Assembly (NCBI RefSeq): GCF_963921235.1
Contig: NC_086097.1
Coordinates: 11,160,001-11,224,000 of the forward strand
Source: Mobula hypostoma
Lineage: Eukaryota
Reading direction: 5' to 3'
DNA length: 64,000 bases
The first letter of the stretch is position 1. Each line of letters opens with the position of its first letter. The notes below the pieces were generated by a model, which saw only the letters and a program-made list of their open reading frames with translations, did no database searches and had not been told where the DNA came from. The position numbers and the translations under genes are program-made. Below, one piece after another: positions 24,140 to 36,051 of the stretch.

Positions 24140-24575
24140 ATGGATATTGCCATTCCAGACACACATAACATACAGAAATCATAAGTGAAAAATACCAGAA
24201 ATATACTGAATTAAAAGAGGAAATTGAAAGACTATAGAACATGAAGCGGGTATACATTGTCCTGACAGTAATAGCTACAACTGGTGTCATCCCAAAGAAG
24301 CATTAAACAGTCAGGCCTACACAGCATATTTATGTAAATCTCCAGAAAGCCACAGTACTAAACATCATCAGAATAAGACTGGAAGACCTTAAGACATAGG
24401 AGCAGAATTAGGCCATTTGGCCCATCGAGTCTGCCTCGCCATTCAAACATGACTGATCCTTTCGGAATAATCCGGAAGTTCCTAGCAATTGACAAATGAG
24501 TGTGTTTGGCTATGCCCATACGTCACACTTTACCAGCTTGAGCTGAGAGAAAATAAAAATACTACAATACTAATA
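24140..24575 (+). mobile_element. Dong/R4-clade LINE 3' end (restriction-like endonuclease), with a CR1 tail inserted at 24377-24464
   Basis: DIAIPDTHNIQK..EKYQKYTELKEEIERL..VYIVLTVIATTGVIPK..YVNLQKATVLN..KFLAI; AAT-rich tail; GAATAA TSD around the CR1 tail. Confidence 0.8.
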
Positions 24576-24576
24576 A

Positions 24577-24835
24577 CTTATTTATAGAGCACTTTTCAGA
24601 CAGATGATGCAGTTCAAAGTGTTTTAAATAGAATAAAGTGCAAACATGAAAATAAAAGAAAAAAGATTTTAGTTAAAAGCAAGGTTAAGTAAATAGGTTT
24701 AAACTGGAGCTGAAAAATGTCAGCGAGGTCAAAATCCCTTATAGTTTTAAGTATTGAATTCCACAGTTTCGGAGCGTAGTTCAAAATAGCTGAACTGCCA
24801 ATTGTCTTTTGAGGAAAATTGCTTATATTTAAGAG
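24577..24835 (-). mobile_element. L2 LINE 3' fragment
   Basis: Minus translation SAILNYAPKLWNSI..LLNLAF; tttatttatagagcactttt terminus. Confidence 0.65.
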
Positions 24836-24844
24836 ATCCTTAAT

Positions 24845-25430
24845 AGAAATATCTAATCAATTGATCTAGCACAGCAACCCAATGCATAAAAGCATGCAGA
24901 CTTGGTCAAAAGGTTCAGTTGTTCAAACCATACGTCAGAATGTGTGAGAAATAAGATCTAAGTGACTTTGTCTGCGGAATGATTGTTCCCAGACTGCGTG
25001 TTTTGAGTGTCCCTGAAGCTGCTGATCTTCTGGGATTTTCATAATTTTCTTACACAGCTGAATATGAAAAGCAGGGGTCTCAAACCTGGGGTTCATAGAC
25101 CCATTGCTTTATGGCATTAATCCATGACAAGAAAGGTAGGGAACCCCTGTTCTAGAGATTACAAAGAAAGCTGCGAGAAACAAAAAAAAAATTCAGTGAG
25201 AGCAGTTCCGTGGGTGAAATTGCCTTGTGAATGAGAGAGGTCAGACGAGAATAGCCAAACCGGTTCAGATTGACTGAAAAGGTGACAGTAACTCAAATAA
25301 CCACACGTAATAACAGTGGTGTGCAGAAGAGCATCTCTGAATGCACAAAATGTCAAACCTTGAAGTGGATGGGCGACAGCAAAAGAAGACCATAAACGTA
25401 CACTCAGTGGCCACTTTGTTAAGTACAGGA
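24845..25430 (+). mobile_element. Tc1-like transposon relic (N-terminal DNA-binding region, no DDE domain)
   Basis: From ATG 24940: MCEK*DLSDFVCGMIV..EAADLLGFS..CLVNERGQTRIA..KVTVTQITTRNNSGVQKSISECT..TLKWMG.S.RRP; TIR-like tacactcagtggccacttt at ~25399. Confidence 0.8.
25072..25149. mobile_element. hAT/Charlie-type MITE inserted in the Tc1 relic
   Basis: TIRs CAGGGGTCTCAAACC / GGTAGGGAACCCCTG, followed by TTCTAGAG (NTCTAGAN target). Confidence 0.75.
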
Positions 25431-25519
25431 GGCATTAATTGTCCATTGTGAACATCTCACATCGTGTAGGTGAGTATAAAGTCAAGAGGTTGGGCATTTG
25501 ATGGGGATGTGGGTCACCA

Positions 25520-25775
25520 GGGTCGTAATGGTCAGCAGGACACTATTACAACTCGGAGCATCAGAGTTCAGAGTTCAATTCCGATGATGTCTGTAAGGAG
25601 TTTGTATGTCCTCCTGGTGAATGCATATGGTTACTCCTGGGGCTCCGGCATCCTCCCACCTTCCAAAGATATACTGATTAGTAGTTTAAATGGTCATTGT
25701 AAATTGTCCTGTGATTAGGCTAGGGTTAAATATCTGCAGGTGGGTTGCTAAGCCGTGCAACTCATTGGGCAGGAA
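25520..25775 (+). mobile_element. V-SINE split by the CR1; its 3' end resumes at 28520-28575
   Basis: Stops at ctcattgggcaggaa and continues as gaatggcctgttccactctgtatctc(aaaat)n. Confidence 0.8.
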
Positions 25776-28520
25776 AGACCATAAGACATAGGAGCAGAAT
25801 TAGACCATTGGTCCCGTCAAGTCTGCTCTGCCATTCAATCATAGCTGATACTTTTTTTTCCTCCTCAGCCCCACTCTTAAGCTTTCTCCCCAAAACCTTT
25901 GATGCCGCGGCCAATCCAGAACCTATCAAATTCCGCCTTAAAGTACCCAACGACCTGGCCTCAACAGCTGCCTTTCGTAATAAATTCCACAAACTGTCCA
26001 CCCTCTGACTACAGAAATTTCTCCGCATCTCTGTTTTAAAATGGATGCCCCTCTATCCTGAGGCTGTGCCCCCTTGTCCTAGACTTGCCCCTCATGGGAA
26101 ACATCCTTTCCCCATCTACTCTGTCTAGCCCTTTCAACATTCGAAAGGTATCAATAAGATCCCCCCTCATTCTTCTGAATTCCAGTGAGTACAGACCCAG
26201 AGCCATCAAACGTTCCTTGCATGATAACCCTTTCATTCGTGGAATCATCCTTGTGAACCTCCTCTGGACCTTCTCCAATGCCAGCACATCTCTTCTAAGA
26301 TGTGGAGCCCAAAACTGTACACAATACTCAAGGTGAGGCGTCACCAGTGCCTTATAAAGCCTCAGGATCATATTGCTACTCTTATGTTCTAGAGATCTTG
26401 AAATGAACGCTAACATGGCATTTGCCTTCCTCACCACCGACTCAACCTGAAAGTTAATCTTTAGAGTATTCTGCACAAGGACTCCCAAGTCCCTTTGAAT
26501 CCCAACTTTTTGGATTTTCTCCCCCGTTTTGTAGTCTTAGCATTTATTTCTTCTACCAAAGTGCATGACTGTGTATTTCATATGTCACTTTCTTGCCCAT
26601 TCTCCTAGTCTGTCTAAATCCTTCTGCAGCTTTCCTGTTTTCTCAACACTGCCTGCCCCTCCACTAATCTTCGTATCATCTACAACCTTGGCAACAATCT
26701 ATTCCATCAACTAAATTATTGACATACAGCATAAAAAGAAGTTGTCCCAACACTGACCACTAAACACTGGCAGCCAACCAAAAAAGAATCCTTTTATTAC
26801 CACTTGCTGCTTCCTATCAATCAGCCAATGCTCGATTTATGCTAGTAATTTTCCTGTAAGACCATGGGCTCCTAACTTGGTAAGCAGCTTTCTGTGTGGC
26901 ACCTTGTCAAAGGCCTTCTGAAAGTCCAAATATATAACATCCCTGACAAAGAACAATCCAACCAAGACCTCAACGGTGGAACTGGAGGACGAAGTTACTT
27001 CGAACTCAACGGCTGTGAAGGCGGGTGAAGCTGCAACAAATCCATCAGCTCCAATCATCGTGGTTTCCATGCCATAAGAATCAGTTGGTTGATTTGTGAA
27101 GTATTGTGTGCTTCTTGGAGTGAAACATCAAGTACACGTTAAACAAATACACGCACAGGCGTCTTCGCTCTGTGGGCCACTTCTTCAGAACGAAGACCAT
27201 CATCCTTGACCTCGAGGAATAGCCACGACGACGACACTGCTAGTATCTTCCACAGTGAGGACAGATGCAAAATACTCATTTAATTCATCTGCCATCTCTT
27301 TGTCCCCAGTTATTATTTCTCCTGCCTCATTTTCCAGCGGTCTTATATCCACCCTCATCTCTCTTTTATATTTTACATACTTGAAAAAGGTTTTCCTATC
27401 CACTTTGATATTGTTTGCTAGCTTGCTTTCATATTTCAGCTTCTCCCTCCTAATGATTCTTTTAGTTGCTTACTGTAGGTTTATAAAAGCTTCACAATTC
27501 TCTATATTCCCATCAAATTTTGCTTTGTCCTATGCCCTCTCTTTTACTTTTACACTAGCTTTGACTTCCCTTGTCAGCCATAGTGGTACTATTTTGCCAT
27601 TTGAATATTTCTTTGTTTTTTGAATTCATTGTCCTGCATCTTCCTCATTTTCCCCAGAAACTCAGCCATTGCTGTTTTGCTGACACCCCTGCCAGGTTCT
27701 CCTTCCAATCTAGTTTGGCCAACTCCTCTCTCATGCCTTTACTCCACTGAAATGCTGCTACATCAGACTTTACTTCATCCCTATCAAATTTCAAGTTGAA
27801 CTCAATCATACTGAGACCACTGCCTCTTGTGTTTCTTCACCTTAAGCTCCCTCCAGTTCATTACATAATGCCCAATCTAGTATAGCTGATCCCCTAGTAG
27901 GCTCAACAACAAACTGCTCCAATAAGCCATCTCGCAGGCATTCAACAAATTCACTCTCTTGAGATCCATTACTATCCTGATTTTTCCAATTGAAATGCAT
28001 GTTAAAATCTCCCATCACTATCAAAAGGTGCCCTCTTGGCACACCCTTTTAATTTCCCACTGTAATATGTAGTCCACATCCCAGCTACTGTTTGGATGAC
28101 TGTATATAAAACCTTTTACCCTTGCAGTTTCTTAAATCAACCCACAAGAATTCAACATCTTCCAATCCTGTGTCACATCTTTCTACTGACTTGATGCCAT
28201 TCTTTGCAAGTAGAGCCATGCTACAGCCTCTGCCTAACCTCCTATCCCTCTGATACAACGTGTAACCTTGGACATTCAGCTCCCAACTACAACCATCCTT
28301 CAGCCACGATTCAGTGATGGCCACAACATCATATCCGACAATCTGTAAAAGTGCAACAAGATCATCCACCTTATTTCTTATACTCCATGCATTGGGATAT
28401 AACACTTTGAATACTTTATTTGTTACCCTTTTTGATTCTGCATCCCTAATGCACTGATACTCACCCTGCTGGCTGCAATTTTGTCCTGTCATCTCCCTGC
28501 CCTTCCTGACAGTCAGACTG
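25775..28520 (-). mobile_element. Long decayed CR1 LINE ORF2 (APE endonuclease to RT to 3' tail) with internal deletions
   Basis: Minus ORFs KVLYPNAWSIRNKVDDL..YDVVAITESWL; VMGDFN; DVIYLDFQKAFDKVPH; LYKALVTPHLEYCVQFWAPH; agaccataagacatagg tail. Confidence 0.95.
26943..27235 (+). mobile_element. Unclassified non-coding retroelement 3' end with stem-loop and (GAC)n tail (copy 1)
   Basis: Near-identical to 57213-57481; sits inside the CR1. Confidence 0.75.
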
Positions 28521-29664
28521 AATGGCCTGTTCCACTCTGTATCTCGAAATAAAATTAAAATAAAATTTAAAAAATGCGTTCATACAAACAGATGCTTGAT
28601 TTTACCACCATTATCACCAATAGGCTGAAGGGCCTATTTCTGTGCTGACTCTAATATCTGCCTCTCACAGTAACTTTGACTTTAAGCAAGGTAAAGGATA
28701 CAAGGATTCTCGGCTCTAGAAAACGACATCAGTATGTTGATTATATGTTAGAGTGTGTGCTTTTCCCACCCACAAACCAAGCCTCTGTCATTTAGCTGCA
28801 GATTCTCAACTCTGCACTGCTTCAAGCTGCTTTATCTGAAGTACTGAGCCGTGGTGAGCACTCTGTTGCTTCACAGTGAAGTATCAAATGAAAACAGTCA
28901 GTTCAAGACATTAATGGAGCCCTTGGGTGAGCTAACAGAAACAGTTTACAGATTATTTTATTCACATACACCGCCACGACTCTGTATTTCATAAGGTTTC
29001 TCCCTTTCCTTTCATTTTCTCAGTAATGGCACCTGCCGATGCTTCTCCAGGTCTGCCGGCCGGATGACCTTATCGAGGTACATGCCACAGATGCCAGATG
29101 GGGAGTTACATTCTTCACTCTCCTTTTCTCAGGGTGCAAGCATAATTGGCAAGGTTGGCACATTTGCCACCCCAGCTTCCCTGGGAAGATGAAGAGGGCA
29201 TTACTGCATAAGAATATACGTGGGACAAAGTAATTCAGCTCCTCAGTGCTTTGCCATTCAATACAGTTTTGGCTGATTATTTTCCTCAGTTTCTCTTTCA
29301 CAGAGTTCCCACATCCCTGAATCCCCCATCTTCCATCTTCACATAGCATGGCTTCATGAAGGCTACAATATTATCAAGGATGCCCACTCTCTCTCTTCTG
29401 CCTTCTGGTGGAAGATACAGAGACTTGAACACTTGGACATCCAGACTTACGAAGTTCTATCAGGCCGTTGAACCAATCTCCTCTTCCACATCCCCTTCCA
29501 GGTGGTGCTGCCACCTTCTACCTCTCTTGGCAGTTCTGTTATTGTCAATGGTTGCACCTCTCTGATGTATTGTGCTTGTCACATTTATCATTACCCTGTG
29601 AGCTTCATGAGTAAGGAGTTTCATCACATCCTGGATGAAGGGTCTCGGCCCAAAACCAAAAGAT

Positions 29665-30110
29665 GCAGGAGCAGAATTAGGCTTCCTCACCACCAACTCA
29701 ACCTGCAAGTTAACCTTCAGGGAATCCTGCATGAGGACTCCCAAGTCCCTCTGCACCTCTGATTTTTGAATTTTCTCCCCATGCCTTTATACCTTCTGCC
29801 AAAGAGCATGATTATGCACTTCCCTACACTAGACACCATCTGCCGCTTCTTTGCCCACTCCCCCAATCTAAGTCCTTCTGCAGCCACACTGCTTCTTCAA
29901 CACTACCTTCCCCTCCATCTACCTTTGCATCATCAGCAAACTTGGCCACAAAGCCATCAATTCCATCATCAAAATCATTGATATACAACATGAAAAGAAG
30001 CGGTCCCAACACTGATAAATGCATTACATCACTTGTCATCGACAGTCGTCCATAAAAGGCCCCCTTTATTCCCACTCTCTGTCTCCTATCGGACAGGTAA
30101 TTTTCTGTCA
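29665..30110 (-). mobile_element. CR1 RT fragment
   Basis: YLSDRRQRVGIKG..SVLGPLLFMLYIND..KFADDAKV; QRDLGVL. Confidence 0.9.
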
Positions 30111-30129
30111 ATTTAGAAACATTGGCCCT

Positions 30130-30230
30130 TTATTTCTCTCCATAGATGCTGCCTGACTTGCTGAGCTCCTCCAGAATTTTGTGTGTGTGCATTACACTGG
30201 ATTTCCAGCATCTGCAGTATCTCTTGTGTT
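30130..30230 (+). mobile_element. Penelope-derived terminal fragment
   Basis: catagatgctgcctgacttgctgagctcctccag..tttccagcatctgcag. Confidence 0.7.
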
Positions 30231-30499
30231 GATATCTGAATACAAACCTGATTTCAGTAACACGAGTTTCCATAGTCCAGCCAGGTGGACTCACCGTTTT
30301 TAAAATGAAGACAGTTCTCCCTCCAGATTGATTGACGACTAATTCTGAGACACTGTCCCTGGTTCTAGGAACCACAGTCAGTGGAAATATTCTTCTGCTA
30401 TCTGCCCTGACAAACCAGTGACTCTCTAAACACTGAGGAGTTGGACAGGAGTCATGAAAAGAACAGGGAAGGATTTCAGGTTCTCTTCGTATTTGAGAC

Positions 30500-31290
30500 T
30501 TCCCAATAATCGAGCAGCTTTCTCTGGTTCAGACGACTTACTTTCCTTCAGACCCTTCAGTTGCCTAAGAACCTCTCCCTAGTAATGGCAACCTCACACA
30601 CTTCTGCCCCCTGACACTCTTGAGTTCCCGGCATACTGTTAGTGTTTTCCACAGTGAAGACTGATGCAAAATACTTATTTATTTCATCCACCATTTCCTA
30701 GTGCCCCATTACCATCTCTCCAGCATCATTTTCCAGCAGTCCAATATCTACTCTCGCTTATCTTTTACATTTTAAATATCTAAAGAAACTGTTAGTATCC
30801 TCTTTAATGTTATAGGCTAGCTTACCTTATATTCCACCTTTTCCTTCTTTATGACTGTTTTAGTTGCTTCTCAATCCTCTAACTTCCCACTAATTTTTGC
30901 TCTGTTATATGCTCTCTCTTTGGCTGTGATTTCCTTTCTTAGCCACAGTTGTATCATCTTGCCTTTAAAAATTCCTCTTTGTGCCTTCCAAATTGCTTCC
31001 AGAAATTCCAGGCATTGCTACTCTGCTGCTATCTCTGCTAGTGTTTCTTTCGGATCAATTTTGGACAGCTCCTCTCTCCCTTTACTCCACCATAATACTG
31101 ATACATCTGACTTTAGCTTTTCCTTCTCAAATTTCAGGGTGAATTTGACCATATTAAGATCACCGTTACCCTAAGGGTTCCTTTACCTTAAGCTCTCTTA
31201 TCAATTTTGGTTCATTGCACAGCACCCAATCCAGAAGAACAGATTCCTTATTGGACTCAACCACAAGTAACTTTAAAAAGCCATCTTTTA
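30500..31290 (-). mobile_element. CR1 ORF2 fragment (EN-RT linker), decayed
   Basis: Homologous to 27240-27930 (ttccacagtgaagactgatgcaaaatac = YFASVFTVE on minus strand). Confidence 0.8.
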
Positions 31291-31929
31291 GATTTCTAAA
31301 TAAAATTAAAAATAAAATAGATAGGGTAGGTAGGGTCTTGCTTCCAGGGTGGAAACACTAGAAGGCATAACTTTAATGTGAGAGGGAGAAAGTCTAATGG
31401 AGATTTACTTTGCAATATTATTGCGCAGAGAGTGATAGGTGCAGGGAAGCTGGTGAAAGGAGATACAATGCTAATGCTTCAGAGGAATTTAAACAGATAT
31501 TCAAACAGGCAGGATATGAGGGGACATAAACAACATTCAGACAAACTGGCGCCTTGGTCAACAAGACCTTGTTGGCTGAAATCCCTGTACCGAAGCAGGA
31601 TACAATCTGCTGGATGCAGGGTTTCAGCCTGAAACATCAACAATTTCTTTCCTCCCACAGATGCTGCTTGACTGGCTATGTCACTTGACCAGATTTTTAG
31701 TTGCATCAAATTCCAGCATCTGCTGTCTCTTGTGTCTGTACTGTCCCTGTGTTGTACTGTTTGATTCTGTGCAATGTGGCTGCTATGGTATTGGTCTAAA
31801 CTTTCTCACTTGTCCTTGGTGCAATCTCAAGCACCCTGGATTAAAATCATTTTAGGCTGACATATTTATACTGATGCAGGAAGAAACCATTCAGCCCTAC
31901 CAATCCATGCTAGCTCTTATGGAAGTAGT

Positions 31930-32210
31930 AGTAGCACAGTAGCATAGTGGTTTGCACAGCGCTTTACTGTACAGCTGACAAGGGTTCAGTTCCCACCACT
32001 GCTTGTAAGGAGTTTGTACATTCTCCTTGTGTCCACATGGGTTTCATCCGGGTGCTCTGATTTCCTCGTACAGTCCAAAGACGGACTGGTTGGTAGGTTA
32101 ATTGATCATTATAAATTGTTCTGTAATTAAGCTAGGCTTAAATTGGGAGTTGCTGGCAGCATGCCTCGAAATATCGGGAAGGGCCTATTTCATGCAATAA
32201 ATAAATAAAC
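31930..32210 (+). mobile_element. V-SINE (HE1-like)
   Basis: Same head, core and tail as 1607. Confidence 0.85.
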
Positions 32211-32413
32211 AATCCCCCCCCCCCTTTATTTTCCTGCAGCCCTGCAGCTTATTCTCTCTCACTCATGGAGACTGCAGGAGACCACAGAGGCAGGAATCTG
32301 GAGCAACACACAAGATGCTGAGGTCCCCCAGCAGCCTGTGTGTCTCTCTGTCACACCACCTGTTCATCAACTCTCCTTTGAGTATTTTGGCCATTAATCT
32401 AATGGCAAATGAT

Positions 32414-32690
32414 CATTGATTTATTAATCATTACAGAATGTCTCTCTGGTGCTTCCCACTCCCTCCCTTCTCCCTTCCCACCTTCCCAACCACACTTCCC
32501 CCTTTCCTACACTCAGTCCACAATAGAGACCCATATCAGAATCAGGTTCATCATCACTCATATATGTCATGAAATTTGTTTTTTTTTGTGGCAGCAGTAC
32601 AGTGCAATACATAAAATGACTACAGTACTGTACAGAAGTCTTAGGAGCACTCTAGCTATCGATATCTGCCTATGACTTTTCACATTACTG
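32414..32690 (+). mobile_element. Partial copy of the composite Tc1-type MITE (internal part plus right unit)
   Basis: Homologous to ~62740-63013, including the palindromic unit at 32623-32690. Confidence 0.75.
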
Positions 32691-33221
32691 AATGTATATT
32701 ATTTTATTTCTTATTTACTACGCTGTTATCTCATATAGGTAGGGAAAACCTGATCAGTTTATATTGTGAAAGTGGCTTAAATTATTGCTAATATGACAAG
32801 TTCATATTGCTTGTTGCACAGACCTTTCTGAAGAAAGAAATTCTCCACATATCCTTTCATGACCAAGATCACAAAAATATAAAGTGGGTCTAGAAAATGA
32901 GTGGAGGGGCAAACAAGCATGAGACCATAAAGACATAAAAACTGTGCAAATCTTTAGCACCATAGCTATATATATGGTATGTACATAGGACTTCTGCACA
33001 GAATTGTACTTCATTATGTTCTTGCACTTTTACATTTACCTGCACTGTAGCTTTTACACTTTATTCTGCATTGTTATTGTTTCACCTTGTTCTAACTTAA
33101 TGAACCATGTAATCATCTGATCTGTGTGAAGAGCAGGTCAGACAAGCTTTTCAGTGTATTTTGGTACTGTGCTTTGGACAATAGTAAACCAATATCAATA
33201 CCAATCCGAGAAGACCAGAGC

Positions 33222-33862
33222 GTCCAGGATTGAATTTCAGAGCAGGGAGGACATGCTGCAACTATACAGGGTACTGGTGAGGCTGCACCTGGAGTACTGT
33301 GTACAGTTCTGGTCTCCATACTTGAGGAAGGATATACTGGCTTTGGATGCAGTGCGGAGGAGGTTCATCAGGTTGATTCCAGGGATGAAGGGGTTAACCT
33401 TATGAGGAGAGATTGAGTCGCCTGGGACTATACTCCCTGGAATTCAGAAGGATGAGAGCGGATCTTATAGAAACGTACAAAATTTTGAAAGGGATAGATA
33501 AGATAGAAGTAGGAAAATTGTTTCTATTAGTAAGTGATACTAGAACTAGGGGACATTGCCTCAAGATTCAGGGGAGAAGATTTAGGACGGAGATGAGGAG
33601 AAACTGTTTTTCCCAGAGAGTGGTGAATCTGTGGAATTCTCTGCCCAGGGAAGCAGTTGAGGCTTCTTCACGAAATATATTTAAGATACAGTTAGATAGA
33701 TTTTGACATAGTAGGGGAGTTAAGGGTTATGGGGGAAAAGGCAGGTAGATGGAGCTGAGTTTATGGATAGATCAGCCATGATCTTATTGAATGGCGGGGC
33801 AGGCTCAATGGGCCAGATGGCCTACTCCTGCTGCTATTTCTTATGTTCTTATGTTCTTATGA
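33222..33862 (+). mobile_element. CR1 LINE 3' part, relatively young, inserted in a SINE fragment
   Basis: LYRVLVRLHLEYCVQFWSPYLRKD..; RLGLYSLEFRRMR..FSQRVVNLWNSLP; (TTCTTATG)3 tail. Confidence 0.95.
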
Positions 33863-35452
33863 AACCCACACAGTCACAGGGAGTTCATGTAGACTCCACA
33901 GAAACAACAGAGGCCATCAGATTCAGACTTAGTTTCCTATGATACAGCAATGTTACTTACAATGTCATTTCAGTCCAGCTTGTTAAAATTAAAAGCAGGC
34001 AAACTGGGGAAAATGAGGACACTGTCACCATTTTAAGTTCTCTGACTTATCTGGTGCATGGTGCAAAAGTGGTGGTTTATCTGCGAACGACCAGCTCCTT
34101 TCAAGCACTTTAGAGATCAATAAGAATACCTCACTCAGGATCTGTCGGGCTTGCAATGCTCGAAATGTTACATTTAACCTGCATGAAGCGTACACGGCAC
34201 GGTTTAAAGGAAATACTGCAGAAGCTGCTGAGGTACAAGAGATGTCAACGGCAAATAAAAGCAGCAAGTACTGAGAGCACAGAAGTGGGGCGGACAATGC
34301 GGCATTTTGCTGGCGTTGTGTGATCCTCACTTTTCAGACCGTGTGCTTTTGACCGCCATGCACAAACTTTCTGAGTTACAGATTACAAGCTTCTGTTTGG
34401 TTACCGCTCCGTAAAGCAGACCCAGTGTCTGTGTGAACTCGCGTGATATTTCCTTTACAAAAAGAAAGTCAGTTATAAAATTAGCACGTGCCTGCTTCTC
34501 CAGACTCTGAGTTACTTGTGCAAAGAGTAAAAGCCTCCTCCTTCCAATGCCCCCTCCCCCGTGCCTCCTGGTTATGTTCAATTTAAAGCTAATTTCTTCA
34601 AACTGTTAGCAGTTCAGTCCTCCCGCCAGTTGTATCTGCCATTGATTGAGCTGTCCAGTTAACTGGAAATGGCAGAGAGCGGAGGGAGGCTTGGTGTTAG
34701 CAGTGCATCTCCCTGGCCAGCTGGTGAGGGACTAAACCTGAGCCAGGTAATTATTGCCTATCACCAGGGCTGCGTACCCCCTGGGACAAAGCCTTCCAAA
34801 TGAAACGCTATCGGGAGGGGTCGATCTGGCCTATTACACCGTAGAGAGGATAGATTCAGCTACAGCTGCAGTAATGATGGGAAGGAGGCTCAGACAAAGC
34901 TGTGATGTGACAGCTTGTTCTGGGCAGACACCAACAGGGGCTTAAATAAGAGCAAGAGTCAGTAATCGGGGGACATTATTGCATGTGACACTGGACTTGG
35001 GCCTGATTGTGCATGTCATACAGTCAAACCTCATTAACATGCTTCCTGTTCCTTTTGCAAATTGGATGGATCAGAATGAGAACAATTAAAACAACAGTGA
35101 CTGATTTGCATTAATTTCCGGTCCAGGGTAGTGAAGTAAAATTTCTCTGTCAGTGTAATTGCCACAGCTAATTCTCCTATGCATCTTAGCTACTGCGCTT
35201 TAAGGAACTCTACCATAAAAATTAAATTGTCATCATAAGAGACGCTAACAAAATGAAACGAAACAGAAAATGGTGGAAGTTATCAGCAGGCCAGGCAGCA
35301 TCTGAAGAGAGCAACAGTTTACATTCCTAATCAATGGTATTTGATCAGTTCTGATTACAATACGATGAGCTGAAAATTAACTCAGCTCTCAAATTTTTCT
35401 ATGATTACAATGACAATAGCAATTTTTTAGGTTCATTAAGGTTGTTATAACT

Positions 35453-36020
35453 GGGGGTGGTAATGGGGAAAGGCTCCCACAGCCTACTAAGTGTCCCCAA
35501 TGACGTGCATCTCAAATAGCCTCTGACAACCGAGTCCACCTCCGGGCCTTCACATGTGGTTTGGCTGCTAAGCCTGGCTGAACCACTTCTACTGATGAGA
35601 GAGGGGGCAAAGACAGGTTACAGCTGCCTTAAAATCAGTCACTTCAGGCAGATGGGGCTCATCACCTGTGGTTGGAAGCTCACCTAGGAGACGGAAGACT
35701 CTGATCTCAAACCTCCACTGCTTTGTGGCTATACCCACTCATGGGGAAGGTTTCGGGAGCAAGCCCCAGGGAAAAATCCAGAGCTGGAGTCCCTAAGGCA
35801 GTCCTATGTTGTGTTCAATGCTAACTGGCCACTCCCGTGATGCCACTGGTGCCAAACTGTATTGGTCTTTGCCATTCCTTTGGATTCATCAGCTGTCTGG
35901 AGAGGGGGAGACTGCTACACGGGCAACAGCTTGCTGTCCATATTGTGTTGCCCAGGCTTGAAAATCGCATAAACAGCTAGGACACAATATTCATGGTTAT
36001 TGACCAACAAGGAGCCTTAT
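35453..36020 (+). mobile_element. Probable RTE 5'UTR-derived non-autonomous element
   Basis: ctaggaga.ggaa.actctgat.tcaaacc motif recalled from RTE 5' UTRs; no ORF. Confidence 0.45.
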
Positions 36021-36051
36021 TGTAAGCAATTTTCTTAAAGATGCAAAAAAT

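Noticed and set aside
23881..24168. ORFs with poly-F/L or poly-N/K runs
   Set aside because: These are translations of the (CTT)n(ATT)n microsatellite.
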